A stretch of 63,083 bases of DNA from a virus. Its lineage: Duplodnaviria > Caudoviricetes. The position numbers were made by a program, and so were the translations under genes. Numbering within the stretch: the stretch's first letter is position 1; each line of letters starts with the position of its first letter. Shown one piece after another: positions 34,056-44,496 of this stretch. The notes under the pieces are model-generated. The model made no database searches. It saw nothing but the letters and a program-made list of their open reading frames with translations, and was not told where the DNA came from. The stretch spans positions 1 to 63,083 of the IMG/VR virus record IMGVR_UViG_3300024302_000009; one strand, 5' to 3'.

Positions 34056-36362
34056 TTATGAGTTCTTTTTCCTTGCTTGTATAGCCTGTGCGTATTTAGC
34101 CGCTGCAAACATAGTGTTGACCTTAGGGTCCATCAGTATTCTTTCTAGCTGCCTGATGTTCATTTCTTTTAGCTCTGACTGCTTTAGCCCAGTATATTTA
34201 GTGAATTTATTCCCAAATAATTTACCAGCGTGCTCCAGCATATTCTTAGCTGTTTGTGGTTCTACTTGCCAATAGCCTCTGGCCGGACCCTCTGAAAAAC
34301 CTACATGAGACTTCTCATTTAGGGATAACTTCACAACCCCTGTATCAATCGTGCCTTTTCTAAATACACCTTTCTTGGGTATTTTTGGCTTCCTAAACTT
34401 AACTTGCTGTACTTTGTATCTGCCGCCACCGCTCTCATGTAGGGCTGTCATGTACATAAGCTCTTCAAACTGCTTAGGGTCCATACCTGCATCTCCTGCA
34501 AAGGCATCAGCAGCTATCCTAGACATCTTCCGCAGTTCTTTTTCTTTAGGGGCTTTGCCGTACAAGCGTTTAACATCTGCACGGAATTTCTTCATCTTCT
34601 CAGGGTCGTTCTTTCCCTGATATGCCCACCCCCACAGCTTACTAAAGTCCTGCGTGTTACTCTCTCTGGTGCTGGCTTTAGCCTCACTGGCGTTAGTCAT
34701 CATGCTGCCGCCTACTACGGCTGCTCCTGCTGCACCAGCTACAGGTTTCTTTATGTCGTACATACCACTGGAGGTGGGCACATCACGCATTGATCTAGCT
34801 GTGTGAAACTCTCTATCTTCAGGATTTCCTCCGGTGCGGGAGTTAGGGGTGTCATCTGCTGTGTCATATATATAATTACGTGCACGACTTTCATCAGACA
34901 AACGAACTCTGCCTTCGGTTAGCCTAGCATCTGCCTCACCAACATTGCCATAATACGACTCATCAGGGTCTGCTGTAAATTTTTTATACCTATTTCTGGT
35001 AGCGATCTCTTCTCCCATAGATTTGTAAGATATCTGTCGGGTGTTAGCTAATTTTATAGACTGCTCAGAAGGTGTCCAGCCAAACATATCTTCAAAGTAG
35101 TCTTTAACAAAATTCATATCTATATCTTTTGTAGGCTCTTTACCATTATTCCTATTCATGGCTAGTTCCCGAAGTATATGTGCATCTTGTAATGTTTCTG
35201 TGTCAGCATCCCAAACCTTAAAGTGTTTTTGCTCAACCTTAAACGCTCCGGGATTAGTGCCTAATGTGTGCCCCTCTTTGGTCTGTACTAGGTGCTGTAT
35301 CTCATGTAACAATGTTTCTAGTTTGTTACGATTACTATCTCTTGTGTTAAACTCTGCAAAATCATCACCCATAATTCTTTGTATTTGCTCATCATATTGT
35401 TTGAATGACGCCAAATTCAATTTCATAACTGTGCCATTATTAGTAACAGTACCTGCGTATCCAGAACCGGGTTTCCACTCAAACATTACCATAGTGTCTT
35501 TTAATTCTGGGTACACCTTAAACAGTTCGTCATGCTGTATGACATCGCCTAGTCGTGCCATGTCTAGGGTGTCTGCACCTTTATTCATCTTCTCTGTACC
35601 AAAATCTGTAATTTTAGCAGCTTGATCGTTTATTTCAAACTTCCAGTCACCAGATACAGGGTCCTTGGCCCACCCAGTTTCTTTCCAGATTTTACGCTCG
35701 CTCCTGAGCATAGCTTCATCTGCAAGCGCAGCGCCTCCGTGCCCATATTGATCATATGTTTTACCATCAATGATCATAGGTTTGCGTTTTTTATTTGCTG
35801 CTAGTGCTGCTTTCTGCGCTGCCTCCGCAGCCTTATGCTCTCGCATAGCTGTGCCAAGGGTACCAATCTGTTTAAGGCCAGAGTCTCCTTTAGCCATAGC
35901 TCTCATAGCACCCTTCTCACCACTGAGCATACCAGCAGCAGCAAACGCAGCTATGCCTTTGGTAGCCGCAGCTTTAGCTACAGAAGCAGTACCAAGGGTA
36001 GCAGCATCCAGAGCACCAGAAGCTACAGACTCTACTCCACTAGCAGCAGCACCAAAGTAATCCCCCTCACCCCACCTTTTCTCTGCTTCTTTACTGGCGT
36101 CTGTCATGCCCTTGAAAGGGGCAAAGTCTAGGGCGTTCTCATTCATCCAGCCGTAGGTAGCTTTAGCAGCGTCAACTGTGGTGTCATACGCATCTTCAGC
36201 AAACTCAGCTATGTCTCCGGGTATCTTTGCTAAAGACTGACCAGCAGAGGACATGAATTTAGATATATCAGACTCAGGTTCATTGGTACGGTCTGGTAAA
36301 AGATCAAGCCGAGGCCCTGTACCATTGAACTTATGTGCATAGTTTGTTATCTCATCATCCAT
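34056..36362 (-). CDS. Polyvalent virion protein: LPD23-like domain + HExxH zincin-like domain + C-terminal lysozyme-like domain
   Basis: IWKETGW..DWKFEIND; LLHEIQH...GEADAR; TALHESGGG...GPARGYWQVEPQT. Start taken at MDDEIT. Confidence 0.75.
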   Translation of the reverse strand: MDDEITNYAHKFNGTGPRLDLLPDRTNEPESDISKFMSSAGQSLAKIPGDIAEFAEDAYDTTVDAAKATYGWMNENALDFAPFKGMTDASKEAEKRWGEGDYFGAAASGVESVASGALDAATLGTASVAKAAATKGIAAFAAAGMLSGEKGAMRAMAKGDSGLKQIGTLGTAMREHKAAEAAQKAALAANKKRKPMIIDGKTYDQYGHGGAALADEAMLRSERKIWKETGWAKDPVSGDWKFEINDQAAKITDFGTEKMNKGADTLDMARLGDVIQHDELFKVYPELKDTMVMFEWKPGSGYAGTVTNNGTVMKLNLASFKQYDEQIQRIMGDDFAEFNTRDSNRNKLETLLHEIQHLVQTKEGHTLGTNPGAFKVEQKHFKVWDADTETLQDAHILRELAMNRNNGKEPTKDIDMNFVKDYFEDMFGWTPSEQSIKLANTRQISYKSMGEEIATRNRYKKFTADPDESYYGNVGEADARLTEGRVRLSDESRARNYIYDTADDTPNSRTGGNPEDREFHTARSMRDVPTSSGMYDIKKPVAGAAGAAVVGGSMMTNASEAKASTRESNTQDFSKLWGWAYQGKNDPEKMKKFRADVKRLYGKAPKEKELRKMSRIAADAFAGDAGMDPKQFEELMYMTALHESGGGRYKVQQVKFRKPKIPKKGVFRKGTIDTGVVKLSLNEKSHVGFSEGPARGYWQVEPQTAKNMLEHAGKLFGNKFTKYTGLKQSELKEMNIRQLERILMDPKVNTMFAAAKYAQAIQARKKNS

Positions 36363-36996
36363 ACTGCTTCTCCACTGCTTTGCACATATATCCCATGCTG
36401 TGACGGGCAAGAGGGTTGTACCAGTTACCTGAACCAACATGAATGCGCTCATCAACATGTACAAGACCGGGGACCGGGGGCCAGTAGACTGCAACATCAT
36501 ATTTGTTTCCTATCACGTTAGTCTCACAAATAACTTGATCGGCTGCCTTCTGGTCTAAGGACTTGGTAGCACAAAAAGAATAGAGTGCCGTAGGCATCAT
36601 AGGGTTAGCTGAGCAATAGACAGTGGCTAATGCCCCGCCCATTGAGTGCCCTGTGACGTACAGAGGCTTACGTATACCCGCTATAACAGTATCTATGGCT
36701 GGTCTGAGCATGTTAAAGGCGTCTTTGTACCCTGAGTGGATACGCCCCTCTCCAGCCCACTTCTCCAGTCTAGGCCATGACAGGTTGTGCCATATGTCCA
36801 TGAAGCTGGTAGGCTCTGTACCACGCCACACCAGCCATGCTTCATCTGCACTCTCGCAGAGCATAGCCTGTGTGTCTGCATGGCTCCAGAAGAACACATC
36901 CTCATCAAAGCCAAGGGCCTTAGCCCGAGCAATAGCTACATCACACTTCTCATATACGGCAGAAGCTAATTGTGAGGCGACTACTACTTTTTGCAT
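36355..36996 (-). CDS. Lipase class 3 (alpha/beta hydrolase)
   Basis: VWRGT, IHSGY, VTGHSMGGALA nucleophile elbow, DVAVYWP, terminal HSM. Confidence 0.88.
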   Translation of the reverse strand: MQKVVVASQLASAVYEKCDVAIARAKALGFDEDVFFWSHADTQAMLCESADEAWLVWRGTEPTSFMDIWHNLSWPRLEKWAGEGRIHSGYKDAFNMLRPAIDTVIAGIRKPLYVTGHSMGGALATVYCSANPMMPTALYSFCATKSLDQKAADQVICETNVIGNKYDVAVYWPPVPGLVHVDERIHVGSGNWYNPLARHSMGYMCKAVEKQYG

Positions 36997-37328
36997 TCTT
37001 TGGCAATCCTTACGTTAGCAAGATACTTGATACGCTCATAATCAGCAGAGGTATCAATTTCATAACCTTCAGCAGCAGGCAGAAGGATCAGTAGAGCACC
37101 TACAGGAGGGATAGCAGCAGTGGCGATACCAATACTGGCACCCATGATAGCATAGCCCTTGGCTTGACGCAGGTTAAGGACTTTTGCAATCTTCTGTGCA
37201 CGCCCATACATCTCACGATCAATACCTTCACAAGTCGTGGGGGCATCCTTAAACGGCGTTAAAATACCTTCTGGTGTAGTACAAGCAGTCACTAGAGATA
37301 CTAGTGCAACCATAATCAGTTTATTCAT
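36984..37328 (-). CDS. Lipoprotein
   Basis: Signal peptide with lipobox LVTAC, and an additional hydrophobic segment. Confidence 0.75.
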   Translation of the reverse strand: MNKLIMVALVSLVTACTTPEGILTPFKDAPTTCEGIDREMYGRAQKIAKVLNLRQAKGYAIMGASIGIATAAIPPVGALLILLPAAEGYEIDTSADYERIKYLANVRIAKECKK

Positions 37329-40300
37329 TTTTAGCTTCCTCTCTCGCTCTTGATCTTTCGTAGCCCTTCATAACTGAGTCTACTAGTCTCTTGATGTTGG
37401 AGTTCAACCTGTCATTGATTTTGGTGAGGTCTGCCAACTTCTTCTGTGGATCACCTTTACGGGCCAGTATGCTGTTTTTACGTTTGTATAGCATCTGGAT
37501 ACCCTGCATACTTGCCTTGAGGTGCATATTACCCTCAAACAGACGCTTGTACTCAGGGTTAGCCAACATGTCTTTTACTAGCTGCCTAGCCTCAGGCTCC
37601 GCTTTAGCCATGTTACTCTGGATAGTGTTACCTACAGGCTCAGCTTTCTCACGCATCTCACGCAACAACTGTACATTACGTCCACCTTTGTGGGTAGGCT
37701 CCATTGATCTACCAGTAAGATAGGTGTCACCAGCAGCCTTTGCAGGGTACCTGTCAGAGTTAATCTCTTCGTCTATGGCGTGGAACGCTTTACCCACAAT
37801 ACCGGGGAGCAGGAAGTTAAACCATCTGTCCAGTTTCACAGGGGACAGGCCAGCAAACTCCCCACCAAAGTCTGCAATGAACTTAGCAGGTGTGGAGGTA
37901 TTGGCACGAACCCTTGACTGTGGGATTTGGCTAAGCTCATACTCTGTCTGTATAGGGGCACCAGTGAGGAGGTCCTCGTTGATAGAGTGCTCTAGTATGG
38001 TACGTGGCAGAGAAGGGATCATAGACATACCTTCTATGCTGGTAAGACGCCCCATCTGCATAAGCATGTACTTCTGGAAAAGCTTACGCTCCTCTGGTTC
38101 AGTGAAGTAGTCATTGAAAGCTATCTTGATAGCGTTAGGTAAGATGGCAAACTCAAAAGGTACAGGTATTGTGAAGATGGCATTGTCGTAGCCAGCTATC
38201 TTAGGGGTTACAATAACAGTGTTGTCGAACCCGATGTGGGGAGCTATATCATTGTATATTCTTGAGACATCTTTATCTCCAGTTATACCCTCTGCGTTCT
38301 CGTTGTAGGCGTCAACCATCATATAAGCTATGGACAGTTTGCCAAGCCTACGGTACACGTTAGCTACCTCAGTAGCTTCTTGTGCGTTCAGACGCTTACC
38401 CATGAGCTTACGGACACCCATAGCTCGGGACCACCTGTAGACACCCTGTGCCCAAGTGTTTGTAAACGCAGACACACTAGTAATCTGACGGAACAGACCA
38501 TTGGTGCCCGTGTTACTAAAGTCCATAAGATCACGTACCATGAACCCTGCTTTACGCTCAGAGTAACCATTCTTGATCAAACGGTCATACTGGGCCTGTC
38601 TAGGGAGATACTCTAGGCGGGACATGATGTCCTCATACCTGCGCATCCATGTCCCTAGTGTGCTCTTATCCAGCTTCATAAGTTTATTAGCGTGCTCACC
38701 GAGGCCAATGCTACGTAACCTCTCAGCAGGAGTCTTTGTGGCAAGTTTCTGTATGGACTCCGGTGTCCATTCTTTTAAGGTTCTCCCTATTCCCTCTGTA
38801 CTTACGGTGGTGCCAATGTCGTGCAGGTTGTGACCAAAGCCCATACCCTGTTTGATTGTGTCACCAAAGTCATCAGCAAAAGGTTTAGTTTTTCCTGCTA
38901 TAGATGCAGCTTTGTTTATGGCTGGTTTGAATACTGTAGTGCCAGAGGCTTTAACTAAATCCATAAGTGCGTGTGACTTACTAGGTGCAGCCAGCAGGGC
39001 AAAGTGTGCAATATCCCTCATCAAGTTGACCTGCGTAACAAACACAGGATCATACGTGGTGATAGACTTACTCTCATAACGCTTGAATGGGCGTAGGATA
39101 CCCAAGAAGGAGTTGAAGTAAGGGTTAGTCTCCAGAGGAGCCAACGACTTCATAGACGCAGCTAGGTCAGGAGCCTTAATGATGTACTGTTCTTCAACAC
39201 CATTCCTGAACACCTTCTCAATGTGTTGTCCTTTTTTAGCTTCCTTGGTAGTACCCTTAGTGATTAGCTCAGCTATGTCATCCCCATGATCAAGACGTTT
39301 GATCTGGTCAAAAGCTTTAAGCTTGAACTTGTTTGTGAGTGCAAACTTCATCTGACGCTTTACAGCATTAACGTAGTTTACGTACATATTCTCAAGAGGG
39401 GGCATATCCCGCAGAGACTCTTCTGGTGAGAGTTTACGTGCCTCCTTTACAGAGGACTTGCCACCTGTAGGCTTAGCTTTATCCTTAGTACGTGCAACAA
39501 TATCAGCGTCATCAGCGGTACGGAAAAAGTATGCGTGGTACTTACTTACAGAGTTAAAGGATTTAATGTCTTTAGCACTTAGTGTGCCTGAGTCCTTCAG
39601 GATTTCCAGCAGTGCTTTGTTAGTGCTTTCAAAGTTTTTAAGCTCGGCCTTCAGGATACTATTGTTGGCAGACATACCAGCATCTCTAAGGCCCTGCTTC
39701 CACTCATCTCTAGGGATACCAGCAGAAGACTCCTCTAGTGCCTTGGCGTCTTTTCGTAGCTGCTTCTGCTTCTTGGAGCCAGCTTTAGCCGCATCAGCCT
39801 CTGTACGAAGCTTGGCAGCCTTCTTGGCCCTGTAGGCAGCAATATCCTTTGCCTGAGAATACTTCCAGTACTTCTCAAACTCTCCTACAACGTCTGTTTG
39901 AGTGGCCTTAGAGGCACCCTCAAGGCGCTTGTAGATGTTATTGAATGAGTATACTTGTGGATCAGACAGCAGCTTCTTGCCACCTTCAGCGTACTTGAGC
40001 ATACCATTAACTAAGAACTGATCAATGTCTTCATTAGCACGGGAGAGCATACGCCCCTCTTGCTCTACAGACATCTCCTTGACATTGTTCTCAATGCCAT
40101 CAGCCTTGTCCCGTAGCTTACGCGCCTTGACGAGAGCTTTGTCTTTAGTGGCTCCGTCAGCCATCTTGGCGGCACCATCCTCAACGCTCTTAGCGTGAGC
40201 AAGGATTTGATCTACCTCAAGGTCCTGAAACTCTCTGTGAACGTCGTATCTATCTGTGATAGCCCGGATAGTCTTCTCAATGGGCCGCGCTACCCTTTTA

Positions 40301-41082
40301 TGTGCAAAGTCCTTAGCAAATTGAGGAGCAGCCCCTGCGCCCTTCTTAATGGCGTTGGAGGATGTCTTACCCACAAACTTCAATGCTTTAGGCAGTGACG
40401 CCATGAACACATCAGCAAAAGGGCCACCGAGGGTGTCCGCTACAACAGTCTTCAATCTGTTGACAGCAGCAGGATCATCTTCACTAGTCGCAAGAAAATC
40501 CACCAGAGCGTTCTTCACGCCGAGGTGGTCACGCAGAGCATTAGCTACGTTAGGGTCGTCATGCTCAAAGATCAGTGCGCCAGTGCCACCAGCGACTAAG
40601 GATGCGCGTGCGGAGTTAGCAGCAAAAGCACCTGCTTTACCTAGTGCACTACCCGATGTAGCCAGTTTAGCTCCCCATGTGAGTGCTTGTGCACCCTTCA
40701 TAGCTTGGGTAAAAGGAACGGCAAACTGTAGTATAGTGGAGGCAACATTACCTGCAATGGACTCAGGGTCTTCTGTTATGTCTACATCCCACAGACGTTC
40801 ATCTGTAGCCCCAAACTCATGTAATAGCATGGAGGGAGCATTTATGATACCTTCAGCAGCAGTACCCAATACTCGCACTGCTTCTTCCCCATAAGAGTTC
40901 TTCTCAGGGAGCCACGGAGTAGACTTCTCCTCGCCCAGTAATGCGTCAAGATTAGGTGTAGCAGTATTTACAGACGGGGTGGAAGGTTCGCTTAGTAAAG
41001 CATCAAGATTAGGTGTCTGTATTTCCGCTTCTACCGTATCTTCTGCTAAGAGAGCATCAAGATTAGGTGTTTCAGACATCAA
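37321..41082 (-). CDS. Large internal virion (ejection) protein with LPD38-like C-terminal domain
   Basis: 1253 aa. DFSNTG..AFTN, IPVPFE and SPVKLD motifs; three N-terminal TPNLDALL repeats. Confidence 0.75.
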   Translation of the reverse strand: MMSETPNLDALLAEDTVEAEIQTPNLDALLSEPSTPSVNTATPNLDALLGEEKSTPWLPEKNSYGEEAVRVLGTAAEGIINAPSMLLHEFGATDERLWDVDITEDPESIAGNVASTILQFAVPFTQAMKGAQALTWGAKLATSGSALGKAGAFAANSARASLVAGGTGALIFEHDDPNVANALRDHLGVKNALVDFLATSEDDPAAVNRLKTVVADTLGGPFADVFMASLPKALKFVGKTSSNAIKKGAGAAPQFAKDFAHKRVARPIEKTIRAITDRYDVHREFQDLEVDQILAHAKSVEDGAAKMADGATKDKALVKARKLRDKADGIENNVKEMSVEQEGRMLSRANEDIDQFLVNGMLKYAEGGKKLLSDPQVYSFNNIYKRLEGASKATQTDVVGEFEKYWKYSQAKDIAAYRAKKAAKLRTEADAAKAGSKKQKQLRKDAKALEESSAGIPRDEWKQGLRDAGMSANNSILKAELKNFESTNKALLEILKDSGTLSAKDIKSFNSVSKYHAYFFRTADDADIVARTKDKAKPTGGKSSVKEARKLSPEESLRDMPPLENMYVNYVNAVKRQMKFALTNKFKLKAFDQIKRLDHGDDIAELITKGTTKEAKKGQHIEKVFRNGVEEQYIIKAPDLAASMKSLAPLETNPYFNSFLGILRPFKRYESKSITTYDPVFVTQVNLMRDIAHFALLAAPSKSHALMDLVKASGTTVFKPAINKAASIAGKTKPFADDFGDTIKQGMGFGHNLHDIGTTVSTEGIGRTLKEWTPESIQKLATKTPAERLRSIGLGEHANKLMKLDKSTLGTWMRRYEDIMSRLEYLPRQAQYDRLIKNGYSERKAGFMVRDLMDFSNTGTNGLFRQITSVSAFTNTWAQGVYRWSRAMGVRKLMGKRLNAQEATEVANVYRRLGKLSIAYMMVDAYNENAEGITGDKDVSRIYNDIAPHIGFDNTVIVTPKIAGYDNAIFTIPVPFEFAILPNAIKIAFNDYFTEPEERKLFQKYMLMQMGRLTSIEGMSMIPSLPRTILEHSINEDLLTGAPIQTEYELSQIPQSRVRANTSTPAKFIADFGGEFAGLSPVKLDRWFNFLLPGIVGKAFHAIDEEINSDRYPAKAAGDTYLTGRSMEPTHKGGRNVQLLREMREKAEPVGNTIQSNMAKAEPEARQLVKDMLANPEYKRLFEGNMHLKASMQGIQMLYKRKNSILARKGDPQKKLADLTKINDRLNSNIKRLVDSVMKGYERSRAREEAKNE

Positions 41083-41084
41083 TG

Positions 41085-42110
41085 TTAATTCCCTCTGTTA
41101 GCATACTCAGTGGCTACTTGCTCTAGTGTTGCTAGGGAAGCGCCAGCAGCCTGTAGTGCTTTAAGCCTACTTCTTACTTCCCCTTGACTGAGCTTACCAC
41201 TTAAAATTTCTTCTCGGGCACTGACAATAGAAGCAGCAAGCGCAGCTTCCTTTTGTGGTCCCGGAGGCATAGCATTCAGTGCCGCTGCTTCTTGTGAACC
41301 TCCTGCGCTAAACACACCAAATGGGGAAGCCTTTAATGCAGCCTCTAAATGGTCATCAGGATTGAGATTACCCCCAGTCTTAACAGCAATATGGAAGGAG
41401 CGTTTAGCTTGGGACTTTACATGCTCAACCCATTGACTGACTACAGGGTTAGAGATTGTGAGATGAGGTTTACCGTCCTGCCCATATGTTAACTGCACAT
41501 CTTCAGCGTCAACACCTTCGGTGTTACGTAACACAGAGTCAAACTTATGGGACGCAAGGTCTTGCATCTTACTATCCATACCCACAATAAGGTTTGCTTT
41601 TTGGTTAGCGTCAAGAGTAACAGATGATAAAGAAGCAGCAGACTTACGTATGTACGCAGCCGCCAAGGCACTACCAACGTAACGCGCCCCTTGTGGAGTA
41701 TCAATTAGCTCCATCTTAAGAAGCGCCCCTGCACCTTCAGCAGTTATCAAGGCTTTCATCTCATCAAGGTTTTTTGCATGTGGGTTCAGGCTACTGAGTG
41801 CAGTCTTAATACCATCCGTCCGTGACTTCTCTTTACTATCAAAGCTTTGTAATTGGGCCTTAACAGCCTGATCAGCTAAAGACAAGTCTTCCTTAGGGGC
41901 AATATTCTGACGCCTGTTTTTCTCTAGTTGTATCTTCTCTGCTTCAGCTTGAGTATCTTTCCACCCACCAGCACCAGAGAACTTAAGTTCTTGTAGCTTA
42001 GTGGCCTTCTCAATCTCCCATTCGCGTGCAGCATTAGCATCAACATGCTCCTCACGCCGATCCAGCATACCCTTAAGGGCAAAGCCCAGTCCAGAACTAG
42101 CAAATCCCAT
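41085..42110 (-). CDS. Putative internal virion protein
   Basis: 341 aa, helical, located in the ejection module. Confidence 0.65.
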   Translation of the reverse strand: MGFASSGLGFALKGMLDRREEHVDANAAREWEIEKATKLQELKFSGAGGWKDTQAEAEKIQLEKNRRQNIAPKEDLSLADQAVKAQLQSFDSKEKSRTDGIKTALSSLNPHAKNLDEMKALITAEGAGALLKMELIDTPQGARYVGSALAAAYIRKSAASLSSVTLDANQKANLIVGMDSKMQDLASHKFDSVLRNTEGVDAEDVQLTYGQDGKPHLTISNPVVSQWVEHVKSQAKRSFHIAVKTGGNLNPDDHLEAALKASPFGVFSAGGSQEAAALNAMPPGPQKEAALAASIVSAREEILSGKLSQGEVRSRLKALQAAGASLATLEQVATEYANRGN

Positions 42111-42697
42111 TACTTAATCTCCTTACCCATGATACCCTTGCGCTTCACAGAGGCAAGTAAATCTGCTTTACTCTTCTCAACATCAGCCTTCTTGTCATTA
42201 CGCTTAACACCTACAGGCATACTAGGGGCCATCTTCTCAAAGGCAGAGATGTCCATAGGCTTCTTCTTCTTAGGCTCTGTATTGACGTTGGCACCGCCCA
42301 TGTTGGCTAGACCAATGATCATAGCAGCCACAGGCTCATACAGCATCATAGACATATCAATGTTCCACAGGCCCTCTTGGGCACCATGTAGCAGTACTGG
42401 CTCAATGATAGCATTCAAAGGGATACCTGTATTGACAATACGAAGCAGGTTGTTGACGTTATCCTGTTGGATCATACGCTCAAAGATATGATCTACAGCA
42501 TCATCCAGATCAGTGTACTGTGGAGGCTGCTCATACGTGCTCTGGCCCTGTTCAGCAGTTAAAGACTGTCCGGGTATAGGCAGATCAAATGCACTCATAG
42601 CACTATTCTGGCCTTCAGGAGTAGGTTCCTCAGGGAACATCGAAGGAGCTTCAGGCTCTTGCTCAGTGAATAAGCCTTCCATACTATTAGGTAGCAT
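42110..42697 (-). CDS. Hypothetical podovirus protein
   Basis: FDLPIPGQSLT...YEQPPQY motif, located in the virion module. Confidence 0.7.
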   Translation of the reverse strand: MLPNSMEGLFTEQEPEAPSMFPEEPTPEGQNSAMSAFDLPIPGQSLTAEQGQSTYEQPPQYTDLDDAVDHIFERMIQQDNVNNLLRIVNTGIPLNAIIEPVLLHGAQEGLWNIDMSMMLYEPVAAMIIGLANMGGANVNTEPKKKKPMDISAFEKMAPSMPVGVKRNDKKADVEKSKADLLASVKRKGIMGKEIK

Positions 42698-43055
42698 CTG
42701 ATTTCCTTGTTACTTTTTCACTTTGAGCCACAGCATCTGCAAAGGCTGAGATAACTCGACCAGTTACAGGCATAAGGTCTGAACGTGTGGTAGCTTTGAT
42801 GCCTCGTCCACCAGCAGGGCCAGCACCTTTGTACCGTCCTGTGCCTCCTGAGGGTGTTGTAGGGGCCTTGGCAGCGTACTTACCAAATGTAGCGCCAGCC
42901 ACAGCCCTCTTATCGGCTGCTCGGGCTAACATAGAGTTACTAGCACCAGAGGTAGCTACACTACCTTGCACGCCCATAGTGGAACCACCGCCTATTGCTC
43001 TACTGGCAGCTCCTGCTACAGCGGGTAACACTGCACTGAATATCTCACCCCACAT
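42687..43055 (-). CDS. Gly/Ala-rich putative virion protein
   Basis: 122 aa, AAGGAG RBS. Confidence 0.65.
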   Translation of the reverse strand: MWGEIFSAVLPAVAGAASRAIGGGSTMGVQGSVATSGASNSMLARAADKRAVAGATFGKYAAKAPTTPSGGTGRYKGAGPAGGRGIKATTRSDLMPVTGRVISAFADAVAQSEKVTRKSDAT

Positions 43056-43066
43056 ACATCTTCTCC

Positions 43067-44176
43067 TTAAACTGTAGAGGCATACTGTAGTAACAGGTCA
43101 CTGGCAAATCTACCAACACCCGCAAACAATGCAGCCTTTTCATCATGTCCCCGATCATCGAGGAAATCCTCTCTACCAAGTGCGTAGAAGGCAATCTTGG
43201 AAGCTCGTTCTTTCTCATTCTCAGAGGACTGGTTAGCCCAGTGGAATGCATCTCTTGCACGCTGCCACAGATCAGCCTGAGCTTGCTGTGACATGTTGAA
43301 GCGGTTCTGTACGTCTTGTTGCAGGGAGGCGTTAGCAGCAGCAGTGTTAGCCAGATTGAGGGTTCTACGCCACTCAGCATTGCTCTTAGCTACAGTCATC
43401 TTATTCTGTGCTAGGAACTTGTCTGTCTCATTCTGCATCTTATCATAGAACTGGTTACCAGAGTTAGTCTGGTCAGCACCAAAGCGTGACATCTCATTGC
43501 TCTGCTCTACGTTAAACCGCACCATACGATCACGGAACGAAGCCATGAATTGATCAATCTCTTGCTTATTCTTGGCATCAAACTGCTTGGCAGCGTTCGT
43601 AGCAGCAGTGTTACTAAGCATAGTAGACTGACGGTTACGGAGGTTCTCAAGGTTCATCTGACCAAAGGTAGCAGCGTCCAGCTTAGCGATAGGAACAGCA
43701 GCTTCCATGATAGCTGTGGAGATAGCAGCACCAGCTACAGAGCTTGCACCAATACCTCGGGCAATCATCTGTTGGTTAGCGTGACGAATAGCCCCGTTAG
43801 CCCATGTAGCAGTGCCCTCTTCTACGTCCTGCATCAAGTTCTTAAGTTGACCTTGGACAGTAGACTCTTCAGTTACAGTGCCCTGTTGTGCTGTGGACTG
43901 TGTAGCATCATACGTAGAAGCTTCCACATTAGCTATATCATCCACTTGAGTTTGATCTACAGCGGAGGTAGTGCCAGTAGCAATAGGTGCAGTAGGGGTA
44001 GCAGAGACATCCTGTAAAGGCTGGTCTGTCAGTAGCTCATTCTGGTTCTCTTGAATATCAATGGTAGGCGTCTGAGTGCCAGCAGGGAGAGCAGGGTTGG
44101 TTACCTGATCTGCCGTGGCTTGCTCAATGCCCTGACCACCAACTACAGGATCAGAATAGTCGATTTCTAATGCCAT
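43067..44176 (-). CDS. Putative internal/pilot virion protein
   Basis: Gln/Asn/Ala-rich helical repeats, RGIGASSVAG motif. Confidence 0.7.
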   Translation of the reverse strand: MALEIDYSDPVVGGQGIEQATADQVTNPALPAGTQTPTIDIQENQNELLTDQPLQDVSATPTAPIATGTTSAVDQTQVDDIANVEASTYDATQSTAQQGTVTEESTVQGQLKNLMQDVEEGTATWANGAIRHANQQMIARGIGASSVAGAAISTAIMEAAVPIAKLDAATFGQMNLENLRNRQSTMLSNTAATNAAKQFDAKNKQEIDQFMASFRDRMVRFNVEQSNEMSRFGADQTNSGNQFYDKMQNETDKFLAQNKMTVAKSNAEWRRTLNLANTAAANASLQQDVQNRFNMSQQAQADLWQRARDAFHWANQSSENEKERASKIAFYALGREDFLDDRGHDEKAALFAGVGRFASDLLLQYASTV

Positions 44177-44496
44177 TAACCATCGCTCCTTACTTTTTTC
44201 TTCGCTATCAGCTTATCTTTGACCTCTTGCGGAATTGGAGTACCACTGATTAAGTGGTCTAGAATATCTTCTACTAAACGCGGCATAATCTTGTCTGACG
44301 TAGCTAGACGGTCTTCAAAGGTTTCAACGGGGGTGTCGTCTTGAACTTCAATACAAGTTGGGTCAGCCGCAACATCCAGCAGCATTAGCTTATAATACTT
44401 ATTGTCTGGATATGCTGTCCAATATTTGTAGTTAGGCGTGTTAGTGGAATACCCGGTAGTCACGCCATCAATTTGATGCTCTGTGTATTTGCTCAT
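44176..44496 (-). CDS. Putative tail fiber assembly/chaperone protein
   Basis: 106 aa, directly downstream of the tail fiber gene. Confidence 0.55.
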   Translation of the reverse strand: MSKYTEHQIDGVTTGYSTNTPNYKYWTAYPDNKYYKLMLLDVAADPTCIEVQDDTPVETFEDRLATSDKIMPRLVEDILDHLISGTPIPQEVKDKLIAKKKVRSDG

